A stretch of 63,414 nt of DNA, counting the filler, from Cercozoa sp. M6MM (Eukaryota > Protista > Endomyxa: Ascetosporea), in assembly GCA_040357565.1 (NCBI GenBank). It is 8 parts of 8 records of this genome, joined end to end, with 100 filler letters (N's around TTAATTAATTAA, not from the genome) between each part and the next. Parts side by side here need not be neighbours in the genome. Positions count along the whole stretch, not along the records: positions 35,218 to 54,440 come from JBDODJ010000214.1; positions 54,541 to 56,665 come from JBDODJ010001838.1; positions 56,766 to 59,817 come from JBDODJ010001631.1; positions 59,918 to 61,482 come from JBDODJ010001993.1; 4 more parts are not named here. One strand, given 5' to 3'. A program made the translations under genes and the position numbers. Below are positions 47,708 to 59,921 of the stretch, in pieces. Position 1 is the first letter of the stretch. Each line of letters begins with the position of its first letter. The notes below the pieces were generated by a model, which saw only the letters and a program-made list of their open reading frames with translations, had not been told where the DNA came from and did no database searches.

Positions 47708-50271
47708 ATGTCGGGGACCTCTCGGTCCAGTGCCTGCTGGGAGGCTGGTTGTCCTTCGACAGTTGCTTCCTCGTCCCTGGAGATCTTGGCGCCTTGGTGC
47801 ATTCTGTTGAGTGTTGCTAGGTTCTCCGGGTTGGCCAGTATGTCTTCAATTGTGCGCCATTGAGCCGCATTGGTGTTGTTTCTGAAGCAGATCTTAGTCT
47901 TTTGCCATTGCCAGACCTTAGTCTTCCATTGACTGGTTTTCCTGATGTCCAGCCGTAGCCTGCTTCGCTCCGACAAGGCTGCCGTCAGTTGCGTACACTT
48001 GTTGTATCTCTGCTCTGTTCGAGAGGTCACGTATAGTTGGAGCCACTTGTGCTTGTGGTGTTCAGCATCCGTTTTCCGTATTGACCATGTCTCGTGTTCT
48101 CTGGGTCTGTTCACTGTCTTGATGATCCTTCCGGGAGTCTGTCTCCTTCTTTGCGGTATTTCGCTCAGTTCAGCGTCGGTGATCTTGCGGTTTGTGGCTG
48201 CTCTTCTCCAAGCAGAAATTGGTGTGGGTGTCAGTTTGTAGACACAATGTGCTCCCTTTAGCGTAGTGATTGATTGGTTCTGTCGCTTTTGCTCGTTCTG
48301 CCATCTCTCCGATTGTTCCTGTGTCGGTGATGGTGTACACTGCCTCGTTGGGAGAGCTTGTGGGTAGTCTCATGCATATCCTCAAGGCGGTGCGTTGTGT
48401 CATTTCGAGTTTTCTCCTCCATTTTGTGCTGCCAATTTTGTGCCACCAGGAGCGCGATGCCGTATCGAGCGCATGACAGTATCCATGCTTTGTAGATCTG
48501 TACCGCTAGGTATTGTGTGAGTCCGGACCTTGTGTATATCAGTCTTTTCAGTGTGTTGATCCTCCGAGTGATTTTGTGGTGTAAACTTAGTTGCTCTGCG
48601 TGTGCCTCGTATGACAGGTTTCTGTCTATGAGGAGACCTAAGATTCTCATTTTGTCTACTTGCTCGATGTCGTCTCTCTCGTTGTCGTGGGACAGTGTTT
48701 TCATTCTGATTTTGAGGTCTCTGATTGTCTTCGTTCCCAGTTGGATGAACTGAGTCTTTGTGGGTGCAAGTTCCATGCCGTTGCGTTTTGCCCAGGTGGT
48801 GGCCGTGTCCAAGAGGCGCTTACAAGCTTCCTGCATGTCTGATCTCTTTGTTGTCCTTACTATGACGTATGAGTCATCGGCGTATCCGACACTGTGTGCA
48901 GTGGCTACTGCTCCTTTAATTTTATAGTTACGGGGGTGTCGTTTCATGTGTTCTCCTGTTCTTTGCAGTTGTATGTGCATGTCATCGAGGAAGGTCTTTG
49001 CGAGTAGAGGACTGCAGATGGCCCCTTGGGGAGTACTGCCGTTGACTTGTTTGTCTGTTGATTCGGTGTCGTTTCTTCTCACCGAGATGGTTCTGTCTGA
49101 GAGGAAGGACTCCATGAGTAGCAGTTCTTTGCCATTCACATGTTTAGACAGGGCAATGATTGCGCCCTCTTTGTGGAGCTTGTCGAAGAAGCCTTTGATG
49201 TCTAGACTAATGACTGTCATGTACTCTCCTGCTTTCTTTGCCATTTCTGCCTGCTGTTGTATGTAAGCCAGTGTGTCTAGCGTTGACATGTGTTGTTTCC
49301 ACCAGATTGGTACTTGGATACATACTGTGTGTTCATTTGTTGGGATGCTCTCTCGTTCATGAGTTTGTCCAGTAGCTTGCCGAGGCACGGCAGCAGCGAG
49401 ATGGGTCGGTAGGACGCTGCCTTTGTACAGTCCTTGCCAGGCTTGGGTAGCATCACTATAGTTGCATGTTTCCATGCCTTCGGGAAGTACCCATGTGTGA
49501 GACAGGCATTGTAGACCTTCAGTAGCAGTTGTTTGGCCTCATCTGGTAGGTGTATGATGTGGTGGTTTATGATTTTGTCTCTGCCAGGTGCCTTGAACGG
49601 CGGAAGAGTGTTGATTGCAGCTTCCAGTTCGTCCATTGTCCATAGTTTTGGTGCTTGTTGCAGTTGTGCTGCCTGTTGTAACACCTCTTGGTGTTGTTGC
49701 GCGAATCTGTTCTCTCCGAGTACTTCATTGTTCATTGCGAATTGGGACCAGTCTAATGTGGTTTTCTTGTGTAGGTGTTCAGCGAAGATCTCTGCGATGG
49801 CTTTGTCTTCTGAGGCACCCTCAATTGTTGAGGCTCTGGTAAATTTAGCGCCATTTCTTCCTCTGTCATTGATGTTTCTCAGTAGTCGAGTGGTCTCCCC
49901 GATTGTTGTGTGTGCGTTCAGTCTGGCCACTCTCTCTTGCCATAGTGCTTGTCTATCAATGCGAAGGCTTTGTCTGAGTTGTTTTCTCATGTTTTTGAGG
50001 AGTGTTTCGAGTTCAGAAGCATCTTCATTTTTGTTTTTCAGTTCCTTAATAAGTTTCATGGTCCTGTAAATTAAGGATTTTAATCGAGTCGACCGATATA
50101 CCTAGGCATGAGTGTTGGGTGATTATTTTGGTAGGTGTTGCCTCTTCTATGGCTTCCTGCATGGCTTTGGTGATGTCTTCGACTGTGTCATTGAGGAGAT
50201 CTAAGTTTATCTTCTTGTAAGTTTAGTTCTTTCTCCGTATGATGTGTTTTGGTTTACGTACTGCTCGTTCC
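47701..50271 (-). pseudogene. Disrupted reverse-transcriptase ORF of the LINE
   Basis: Homologous reading jumps frame near 50070, 49300, 48420 and 48280, with an in-frame stop near 50225. Terminal stop at 47701. Confidence 0.8.
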
Positions 50272-50288
50272 AGAACTGGAGGAGGATA
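50272..50288 (+). repeat. Target-site duplication, right copy
   Basis: Identical to 47381-47397. Confidence 0.92.
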
Positions 50289-50949
50289 CCTTAAGGATTA
50301 GAATAGTATAGCTGGGATGGCTAGGACTGACTTAGGATAGCTAGGATAGAGGAAATGCATCAGCGTGGCTGCCTGCGTCGAGATGCGGGAAAACTCCAGT
50401 ATCGATACTGTACGATTTTTCTTTGAATTCCTGGACTGTAAATTATTTGTATTGCACCTTCTATTCCGTGCTGAGGATGGCGCACTCTTGATGCTTCTGA
50501 ACACATTCCTGTGACTGTGATAAACAGGGACACTCGCCACAACTCTGTCGCCTGCCTTTCGTGACAGACTGGACCAGCGAAGCAAGCGAAACCGACGATG
50601 TGCCACGAAGCAAGCAAGGCGACAGAGTGTCCTTTTCAGCTCGACGAGGAGGACGTGCCTCGAAAATCCGAAAAGTTGCTGGTGTGAACGTCAGGCGAGG
50701 TACACTTACAGTGAGTGCCTTACAGTGAGTGCCTTGGTGTTCAGTCTGTGCCATACTGCACGTTTTTCTGTATTCAGCACGCACGCTTGCCTAAGTTCTC
50801 ACTAGTCGAGCCGGGCTGGATAAAAGTAGTGTAGGACCGAATATTTGGCCCATGACGCGGGTTTCAAAAATTAGCATTAAAAGCAGAAAAAGCTATGCCC
50901 TGTAAAGTGCCTTTTTGACTCGTTTAATGTCTGCTTTTATCACGCGACG

Positions 50950-52456
50950 ACTCTCCGCTCGGCAACTGCACGACCATCGCCGACTAAATTTATACTCGAC
51001 CGAGGAAAGCGTCCAGTTTCTTTTTCGTTTACTCGACCAAATGGTTCATTTCGGCGATAATCGTCATCGCATCGTGCGCAACGTTTCGAATGGGAGAGGC
51101 CAGAACAAACTGCACAAAATAAAAAAAAAACGATGTTACAGACGACTCAATCCTGATGCTGCATCCAAATCAACTGAACAAACCGGTTGATCCAATGTCA
51201 GAGCATGTGTTGTTGCTCGGATCGCATCTGCTGTCGTTGGTGCTTCCGTACTCTGAGCGCCAAAGTTAAGCAACCATCGTTTGGCGAAAGGAGAAGTATC
51301 GCTACCATGTAAGGATGGCACACACGCCATAGGAACGGTTTTCGATCCCCGTCAACAAGCGCGCAGTTCTGGAGTGATTGGAGTGAAAACGCGCGGTAGG
51401 CTACGCCAGCCGATGCAGTTGACCCAAACAACTCGCGTGCAATGCCTGAACTACCCGTTGTGATTGTCAGATGCTTCACAACGCAAACAGGTATACCTCG
51501 AAGCACGGCGAAAGCACTCACCCAAGTTGTGCACACTAGCAAAAGGGATCCAACCGCGAGCGAAATTGTCCAGGAGCACGGCAGTAGTTTGCAATTCAAC
51601 AGTGTTGAACTCAACGCGCCGCTTGTGGCAGCTACCAGTGCTGACCCCGAGACTGCAAGTACGCTTCCTAGCAGAGCACGTCGACGGCAACGCAACCACA
51701 GGTCCCGATTTTCCCAGTCGACTTTTCCTATGCGTAAACGGTCACTATTTGTTTAAACAAAGCGCCGGGGGGGGGGGGGGGGCTTTAAAAGGGACGGGTT
51801 TACCGAGTTTGTAGCACAACGTGAGAACTTTTATAATTAATAAAAGGGGATTGCGACTGGACTTTGGGTCGCCTGGGTATTTGATGAGTTCCAGAACTTT
51901 TTTAACGACGTGAGCCGAATCTTAACAAACAAACCATAAACCGCCCTGTACGAATGCGGGAGCCGACGCGAAATCATATTACCAGTCAAAAAAGCGCAAA
52001 CGTCATTCGGCCACGCAAGGAATGCGAGGGTAAGACTGCTGGCACCAAAGCCGAGCCTACATCACGGGGGGGGGGGTGAGGAGGTAAGTAGTACTGCGTA
52101 AACCGAACTGTAAAGGGTGAAAACGTAAAGCGGTGAAATGGACGAAGGAATAAACGGTAGGGTTAAGAGAAAGGTATCGCGGTGAATGAGGCAAAGAGGC
52201 GAAGTGAAGGGGGGGTAAAGGGAAGTAATTTAGAGGGGAGAAAAGGGGCAGAGGGGAGAAAAGGGGGCAGAGGAGAGAAAATCGGCAGAGGGGAGGGAAA
52301 AAGAAATGGGCAAATTAAGAGAGAAGGATAACGGGTAAAGGATGATTTACGCCATTTGCCAGCCAAAGAGAGGGGGATTGAGAACACACTTTGGCCCCCA
52401 CAAGACCTTCGGTCGGTTTCCACCATCATTGCAGTTCTTCGCAAGGGTGCGAACAT
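50950..52456 (-). CDS. Hypothetical membrane protein (two TM helices followed by a beta-rich segment, loosely PIG-H-like); ends uncertain
   Basis: RRALLGSVLAVSGSALVAAT, ISLAVGSLLLVCTTWVSAFAVLR, KHLTITTGSSGIARELFG...RAFSLQSLQNCALVDG. Region is homopolymer-rich. Confidence 0.3.
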
Positions 52457-53477
52457 GGGCGGCTTTTATAGCCACATGTTCGCTTGAGTCGTAGCGCGCC
52501 TCACGGATGCGTTTCTACATACATGTCAGTTTAATTATATGTCATTTCAGATAAACCAAACGTAGTTAATTTCTACCAACAGGTCGCCGTGCCAGTGCAT
52601 TGTTCTTTCCCAGACCTTTCAGCCTATCTAAATTGCGAAGTGAAGAGTTTTGCGAGTTTTCCATGGAGAATTGGAGCTCATTTTCCTGGTGACGCGCGGA
52701 CACAGTTTCGGAAAATCACCCCAAAGAGCGAGTAAACACAACTCAACAGTGTTGACATCGTCGTCTTCCGGTCTTGTTTGTCCCATTTTATGCACCTTTA
52801 CCCGTGTACTTATAACTAATGCGTCTCCTGAAGTGGTCTGGTACCGTCTGCTGGCTTCCAACGATCTGGTCTGCATTTGGCCAAGACACCAAGCTTGCGA
52901 AAGCTATTGTCTGAAGGTTTCACGCACAACATATGAGGCTGTGTCCGACCCAACATCGCCAACTACCAAGGATTTTCGTTGATCGGTCCGGCCCCGGATT
53001 CGCGGGGCGTTTTTAAAAAATCCAAGTGAGGCGTTATGGGCTTTCCTAAGTTTCCTTGACAGACCTTATTATTTGCCTATCCTTCCGCCTTTGGGTGTGG
53101 TATGTTTAGATAGTTACTGTACCCCCCTGGAAGGTTTTCACTTTTTTTTGACGATAGGGACTTCCCCATGCCATACAAGACCTTCCAATCCGAGACACAT
53201 AAGGTACGGTCTTGTGGTGGATACAAAGAAAAAAGCGCCCTTCCAATCCGGGACCGGACATACCCATGCATGGGGTACAAGTTTTTGAGAAAAGCCGGCG
53301 CTTAAAGACTGCTTCCTTCTATTGCTGCAACCCGGCCGCGGCGACCGATCAACGTATACCGGCGCAGCGGGGACCGAAGTCCAGTCGACAGCTGAACTGA
53401 ACTCACCACAGCTGGCGCCGCAGGGGAAGGGATCGCGAACAAGAGTACACCGGGCTTAACTTTTGGAAGTCAACACG

Positions 53478-54365
53478 TCAGCAACTTCTGGGTGTGTCAG
53501 TGTCGCTGGCTTCGGTTTGCTCGACGAGCGACGATTGCTCAGTCGATGCTGCGATTTCCATACTACCCCAGCCATCGGAAGCATCATCATCAAGTTCTCC
53601 TTTCCTTTTCGCGGTGTCATCGGCACCGTTGTTGGTGCCCTCAATATCGCTGTCGTTAGCACTGTCTTTGTCATTGACCGTCTCCTCGTCGAGTGAATCA
53701 TCTTCCAATTTGTCCACTGCACAGGAACATAGGAACATCACGACGGGTGCAAAGACCCCAAGGATCGAGACACATAAGGTACGGTCGGAGAGGTCCTCAA
53801 GGTCAAAGTTGCGCGTCTCACGCCAGAAATTGAAGTCATTGAAGGACTCGGCAGTGGCCTAAAATTGCAAAATAAACACAGTCCCAGGTTGATGCTAACG
53901 CGTAGGTACTCGTGTCTCCTGCTCTCGTCGCTGCAGCGGAGGAAACATTCCATCAACGAGATCGACGAGACTGCTGTAACTGGTGTCGATCGCCTTTAGT
54001 GCACACTAAGGAACACGGACATTAAAACATAGCGAGAGCAATTCCGCGGGTTTACCTGTCGGACACGATGCTTCGGATCGATCGTAAAGATGCGGGTGCG
54101 CGGAACTCCCACCTGCGGCGACAGAGGAAGAGACAATTGCAAGCAACAGAATGCACCTAGCGAAGGTACCTCGCAGTAGCTGAGCACATCTGTGTCACGA
54201 TTGCCGAAGGCAGCGTAGAAAGGATTGTGCGACGGCGTAAACAAGTTCTTCACGCCCATCAGCGCCTAAGTCACAAAAACGGAATCACACACAACTCTCA
54301 CATTTGTAAATGAGATAGCACTGGAATTTTAAACTCATGGGGGCGTCGCTCAATAACTTCTCTGC
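53478..54365 (-). CDS. Lipin/Pah1 phosphatidate phosphatase, 3' part
   Basis: [82 protein letters not shown] match the LNS2 C-terminus. Confidence 0.9.
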
Positions 54366-54386
54366 AGAACAAAACACGTGTGTGTG

Positions 54387-54440
<54 letters not shown>

Positions 54441-54540
54441 NNNNNNNNNNNNNNNNNNNNNNNNNNNNNNNNNNNNNNNNNNNNTTAATTAATTAANNNN
54501 NNNNNNNNNNNNNNNNNNNNNNNNNNNNNNNNNNNNNNNN

Positions 54541-54580
<40 letters not shown>

Positions 54581-54582
<2 letters not shown>

Positions 54583-55175
54583 GGCGACGAGAAGAAGGTT
54601 CGTGCAATCTTTTTCTCGGGTGAACATACGCTGCAGAAGCGGTCGGCCAAGGTGTCCAAGAGGTACGCTGCCTTAGCCCCCCTTCGCATACCCTTTTGTA
54701 TACCTCCTTTACCCCCCCCCCCCCCGTTGGTAGTGCTGGTGGTCTCATGAAGTTCGCCAAGAAGATGCGCAGCTGTAAGGGTTGCAAGGCGCCCATTTCC
54801 TGTATGCAGCACCTGTCTTTACCCCTCCCCCTACCTTGCTACCCCTCCTCCTGCCTCGAGAGTAGCTGGCGCCGTCTGCAAGAACTGTCAGCAACGATTG
54901 CCGGACCTCCTGTGGCACCAGCAGCAAGAGGTATCCCCCTCCCCCTCTGGTCTATATTGGACCCTGCATGTATCTTGTGTGGCCAGGTGCGCATCCTGCA
55001 GCGCGACTTCCACGAGTTGTGGTCGCAGTGCCAGCGCTGCCAGGGCGCTCTCGTGAGCGACGTGATCTGCAAGAACCGCGACTGTCCCATCTTCTACCGG
55101 CGCACCAAGTGCCGACGCGAACTTATCGGCGCTCTCGAGGACCTCGCCGAGTTCGACGCCGAAGCACAGCGTTGA
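54581..55175 (+). CDS. POLD1: DNA polymerase delta catalytic subunit, C-terminal exons
   Basis: FSGEHT, GGLMKFAKK, CysA CKGC...CKNC, CysB LWSQCQRCQG...VICKNRDCPIFYRRTK. Confidence 0.93.
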
Positions 55176-55351
55176 AACGCCTTCTCCACCCGCCACCGCT
55201 CGACTACGCTCAAGTAAAAGCTTTCGGTTAGTGATTTTTTCTTTTTTTTTCAATTCCAATCATCCGATCATGGCTTAGTTTAACCCAACAGTCAGCCTAA
55301 GCGCTCGTTAGATTGCACTTCTTTTGTTGTGATCCCTTGGCTGTTGAGAAG

Positions 55352-56614
55352 ATGTCAATGATGCTCGACAAAGGCATCGTTGGGTTGGGCAACCACACTT
55401 CGTGCAGCTTGGTGCAAAAGGTACCCCTGGCTGAGCAGTGGGTCCAATGCGATTTTTTACTTTTGACTGAGAATTTGCATCGACTTTGCGACCTCCTAAG
55501 CTCGAATTAAGCTACACTGTAACGACACGCGCCAGTTGTGTGCAATTGCACTGCATTCTGCTGCCGTGCGTCAGTGGGTGGCCATCTGGCACTGATCAGT
55601 TGCGTGGGTCACACAGTAGAAGAAGAAGATCATGCCGGGAGATGACTCGCTGTTGCGCCGTTTCGCCACACTCGACGACAGCGATATCATGTCGATGCCA
55701 ATCGATGAAGTTCTTCGCATGCACCGACTCGTATGCTTCGAGTACAAGTAGTCTCTTTCGCTGGTCCGGCTTGTCCATACTTCTTGATTGTGCAGTTGCT
55801 TGATGCTGAGAATGCCGAAAACGAGCGTGTGACTACCACCGAAAACAAGGACAACAGTGCGGATGAGTGCGTAGATGAGGGTCTCAATGACATCCCAGTT
55901 GCAGGCGATCACGGACACACTGAGGACTCAAAGACGGAGGCGAGAAAGGACAGTTCCTCAGGTGATACCCTTGAAAATAGCATCGTGGAAGAAGAAGGGG
56001 AAAGCGTCGACAAGAATGAGGATTTCAACAACTCCAACACTGATGGTGAGAGTGACGGTCATAGCGGCCACAGCGATGACGGTGAGGACGACAGTGACTG
56101 CGACTACTCAGAGTACGAAAGCGGCAGTGCCAGCGACAGCGACTGCAGGAACGAGCATCACCGCGCAAGTGCCGGTTTCGGCATCACTCTCGACGAGCAC
56201 CTGCAGAGCCTCGCTGTTGGTACTTTGCCAAGTGAGGAATGTATCAAGAGAGGAATGCGTCTAATCAGTCTGGTTTGAACACAGACACGCTGCATGGAAC
56301 TCTTATGAGACGCAACACGACGCAGTACACCGACGAAACCTCCTTGGTAAGCTACCATGACACCTGTTGCTCCCTCAATCTTCAAGCAGGTGTTGTCAAA
56401 GCAGAACGGTTCGAACAGCGACCCAGAGAGACACCTGTTTCCTGTCATTCACAACCACAAGTTTCCTCGGTATCACACCAATATTGAGAGAGAAGTAGTG
56501 ATCTGGACACTCTAAGTAGCTCTCCCACAACGCACGACATGGTCGTCATGCCACTCATCTCGGAACAGTCCACACCGGCGCACAAACCGATCGTACTACT
56601 TCAATACACTATTT

Positions 56615-56620
<6 letters not shown>
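55352..56620 (+). CDS. Hypothetical acidic protein (partial)
   Basis: Spliceable segments KKIMPGDDSLLRRFATLDDSDIMSMPIDEVLRMHRL|LLDAENAENE..., then a long D/E/S-rich exon. Confidence 0.4.
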
Positions 56621-56665
<45 letters not shown>

Positions 56666-56765
56666 NNNNNNNNNNNNNNNNNNNNNNNNNNNNNNNNNNN
56701 NNNNNNNNNTTAATTAATTAANNNNNNNNNNNNNNNNNNNNNNNNNNNNNNNNNNNNNNNNNNNN

Positions 56766-56846
<81 letters not shown>

Positions 56847-56849
56847 CCA

Positions 56850-57084
56850 TACACGCGCAAGAAGGTCTGCACAATGCTCTCGTTAGCCACCTGCGCGCGC
56901 ATCTGTCGCTGCAGCTGCTCGCGTCGTGCCACACGCTCGTTCACGCGGAACTGCAGGCGGTTACACCAACCAATGACGAGATAGGTCACAGAGACGGAGA
57001 GGGACAGCACAACCAACAGCAAGAACACACCGTGGGCACACGCTTCGGCAGCTCCATGCCGCGCCGACCGACGCGCGACAACAT
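56850..57084 (-). CDS. Hypothetical coiled-coil protein, 5' part
   Basis: MLSRVGRRGMELPKRVPT|FRVNERVARREQLQRQMRAQVANESIVQTFLR, then an intron into (CT)n and the scaffold end. Confidence 0.35.
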
Positions 57085-57397
57085 GCGCCGACCTAGTACT
57101 GTCATCTCGCAGTTTTAAGTCTACACTTAAATACTACCGACACCACACACACACCGACAACTGCGTGCTACTCTAATCACACTCGCCCAGGCGCGATTCC
57201 TGTGAGGCGAGGGACCAAAATAAGATTGTGCAATGATAAAAATGTCGAATTTTGACTGTATGCTCATCTCACAGACACTCTCACGGTGCACACGCTAAGT
57301 GTTTGTGCGCGAGATGGGCCTATTTGACCGGTAAATGATATATATTCATTATTTTGGGCACCCTTCATTAGGTGTTCACAGAATCAATGCCGTCGCG

Positions 57398-57704
57398 ATG
57401 GCGGAGATCAAGCGTCATCCGCGTTTACAAAAGAAACGCACCAAACCGTCGCCGTCGAAGGAGAGTGATAAGGCGGCATCAGAACCCGCGCCGAAGCGTA
57501 TTCGCGTCCTGCGTATATTGCTTCTCCATTACGCTCCCATATGCCAGAAAGACACAATTTCCTGTAGCCAAAGACGTCGTCCAAGGAGTGCCCCTGTCAT
57601 TTTCCCTGCCCCTGATGCGACACGACCTTGGCTTTGTCTTTGCCGACAGTGGTAGACTATATCTCCTGTCTGCGTGTGGGTTGTCTTGTACTGTGCATAC
57701 CGAG

Positions 57705-57789
<85 letters not shown>

Positions 57790-58316
57790 TGTGTGTGTGT
57801 TGTGTGTGTGTGTTGTGTGTGTGTGTGTGTTGTGTGTGTAGAAGCTGGTGCCACAGAAGCCACGCAGAACGAAGCGTGGCTCGTGTTGTACAACCGCGTG
57901 CCACACGACGACTCCGATGTGCTGGCCGATATGGGCAATACCGACCGTGCGACAGCGACGCGCAAGTACGTCGCCGGACTAGTCCAAGTCGTCGAACAAC
58001 CCGAAGGTGTGTGTGTGTGTGTGTGTCTACATCAGTCTTTCGATGCCGATATTGCTGGTGTGTTTTGCCACAGTGGACGACATTCGGCACTTCTATCACA
58101 GTGTTGAGAAACTAGAGGGTACCATGTCTTGTGCATACCTTTGTGATATCTTTGTGCCTGTGTACTTGCCCATGTCGGGTGGTCCGACACTCAGGCATCC
58201 TGCGTGACCGTCCAAAGTCCTTGCGTCGTCTGCGTGGTCGCGCGTTGGTTCAACTATCCACACGTGTGCCTCAGAGTACCTCTGCCTCTTCTTTGTCTGT
58301 CCGACTGTGGTGTGGG

Positions 58317-58347
<31 letters not shown>

Positions 58348-59565
58348 TTATATATATATGTATACTATCTTCAGACGCGTCAATACCGCGTGCCGTGATG
58401 CTTCTGCGTGCCGCCGATCTGATCACCTCGCGTGCTTTTGCTGCTTCACGGACTGGTGAGTCTCTCTTCGTCTTTTATATTGTGTGCATGTGCATGTATG
58501 CACACATATTCCTGCAGTTGCCGAAGCCGAAACGATGGAAACACTCTTCGCCAAAGCGCAGCACCGCGGTGCCGAACTCGTTGTTTTCGCGGTCCTCGAC
58601 ACGTCGTGTAACGGTAAATTTTGCAGTATGCACAGTGTTTGGTCACTTTGACGCATGCACAGGAACAAGTACGTCGTTTCGGCGCGTGCTGCAGGAGTTA
58701 AACACTTTGCGGCGAGCGCAGCGCACGCGCGTACTCGCCGAGTGCCGTCAGCGTTTGCAGGCTTTACAGTCAGGTATGCAAAGCTCCGTATTTTGTGCAT
58801 GTGTGCGACTGCTGATGTTTTTACTGCTTCAGACACTCCGAACAAGATCGTTGGCCAAGAGCATCTCTTGACCGAGAGGCAGTGGCGTCGTGTCGATGCT
58901 GCCATCGGTCAGTTGCATCCTCTTGTTTGGTCCGTGTGTACCTATCCCTATCACGTGCAGGCGATGCTTGTGTGAAACAAGTGGAACATCTGCGTCTGGC
59001 ACCGCTGCAAAAGATGCAACGAAAGACAAAGAAGGCCGCATCCCCACAGGTCGAAATTACCGACGACGCAGACAGCAACAGCGACGAGTGCGACAGCGAC
59101 TCTGACGACGAGCTGCATGGCATCGAGAAGGTCATTCAGTCGCTCCAGCAGTTCATTCTACAGCTGCAGTTGTGGTACTCTGCACACCTTGTGTTGTGAT
59201 TATTGCGGATCCGAACACTGTTGCCTTGTGTCGGTAGGAGGCAACTCTACGGCGGTCTTTTGAGCGAGAACACGTACCGCAAGGTGCACAAGCAAATCGA
59301 TCGTGTCCTTGCACGACTTGGTGGTACACCTTGTATCTATGTTGAAAGTGTCCTTTTATTTGACACCAACACGCCTGTATTTTAGACTCTGAGGCACAAG
59401 AACGAATGAGTGAAGTACGTCACATCTTGCCCGTTTTAGTTTGTACTCAACATTCTCCACAGGTCCGCGCGGATGCTCGTGCGCGATGGCGTGACCGTCA
59501 GTTACTGCAACGACACCGACTGCACGAAGAAACAATGAAACAGGTACGATGCGCTCACCCTATTT

Positions 59566-59599
<34 letters not shown>

Positions 59600-59790
59600 A
59601 ACTGTAAGTGCACTTGCTGCGGAAGCAGAAGCGAGCAGAGTTCCGTGCCTACCGCAAGAAGTACTACCTGGAGAAGAACAAGCAGGACTTTGAGCAGCGA
59701 CAGTACATTTTGACTCTTCTTTTTTGTGCTAAGCATTATGACACAACACTTTGTCCTGCAGGCAACAGGGGCGTGCTGCCGCTGAAGCGT
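57398..59790 (+). CDS. Hypothetical multi-exon protein with basic N-terminus, acidic patch and coiled-coil C-terminus (3'-partial)
   Basis: About 14 GT-AG-bounded exons join in frame from MAEIKRHPRLQKKRTK to KRAEFRAYRKKYYLEKNKQDFEQRQ. No family recognised. Confidence 0.55.
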
Positions 59791-59921
59791 AACACACACA
59801 CACACACACACACACACNNNNNNNNNNNNNNNNNNNNNNNNNNNNNNNNNNNNNNNNNNNNTTAATTAATTAANNNNNNNNNNNNNNNNNNNNNNNNNNN
59901 NNNNNNNNNNNNNNNNNGGCA

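Larger units (their letters stand above)
47398..50271 (-). mobile_element. 5'-truncated non-LTR retrotransposon (LINE; Jockey/I-group-like RT) with (TAAC)n tail
   Basis: RT motifs KAPGRDKI, FPKAWKHATIVMLPKPGK, SYRPISLLPCLGKL, SLDIKGFFD, PQGAICSPLL, YADD (~48873-48884), LAPTKTQ, ILGLLIDRNL. Perfect 17-bp TSD; GTTAGTTAGTT at 47398-47408 is the tail. No endonuclease domain or ORF1 present. Confidence 0.92.

Noticed and set aside
49290-49310. Programmed ribosomal frameshift in the RT ORF
   Set aside because: The shift falls inside the RT domain and is one of several lesions, so decay or sequencing error is more parsimonious.
49533-50069. Antisense ORFs within the LINE (plus strand)
   Set aside because: They are shadow frames of the A-rich RT coding strand with no recognisable motifs.
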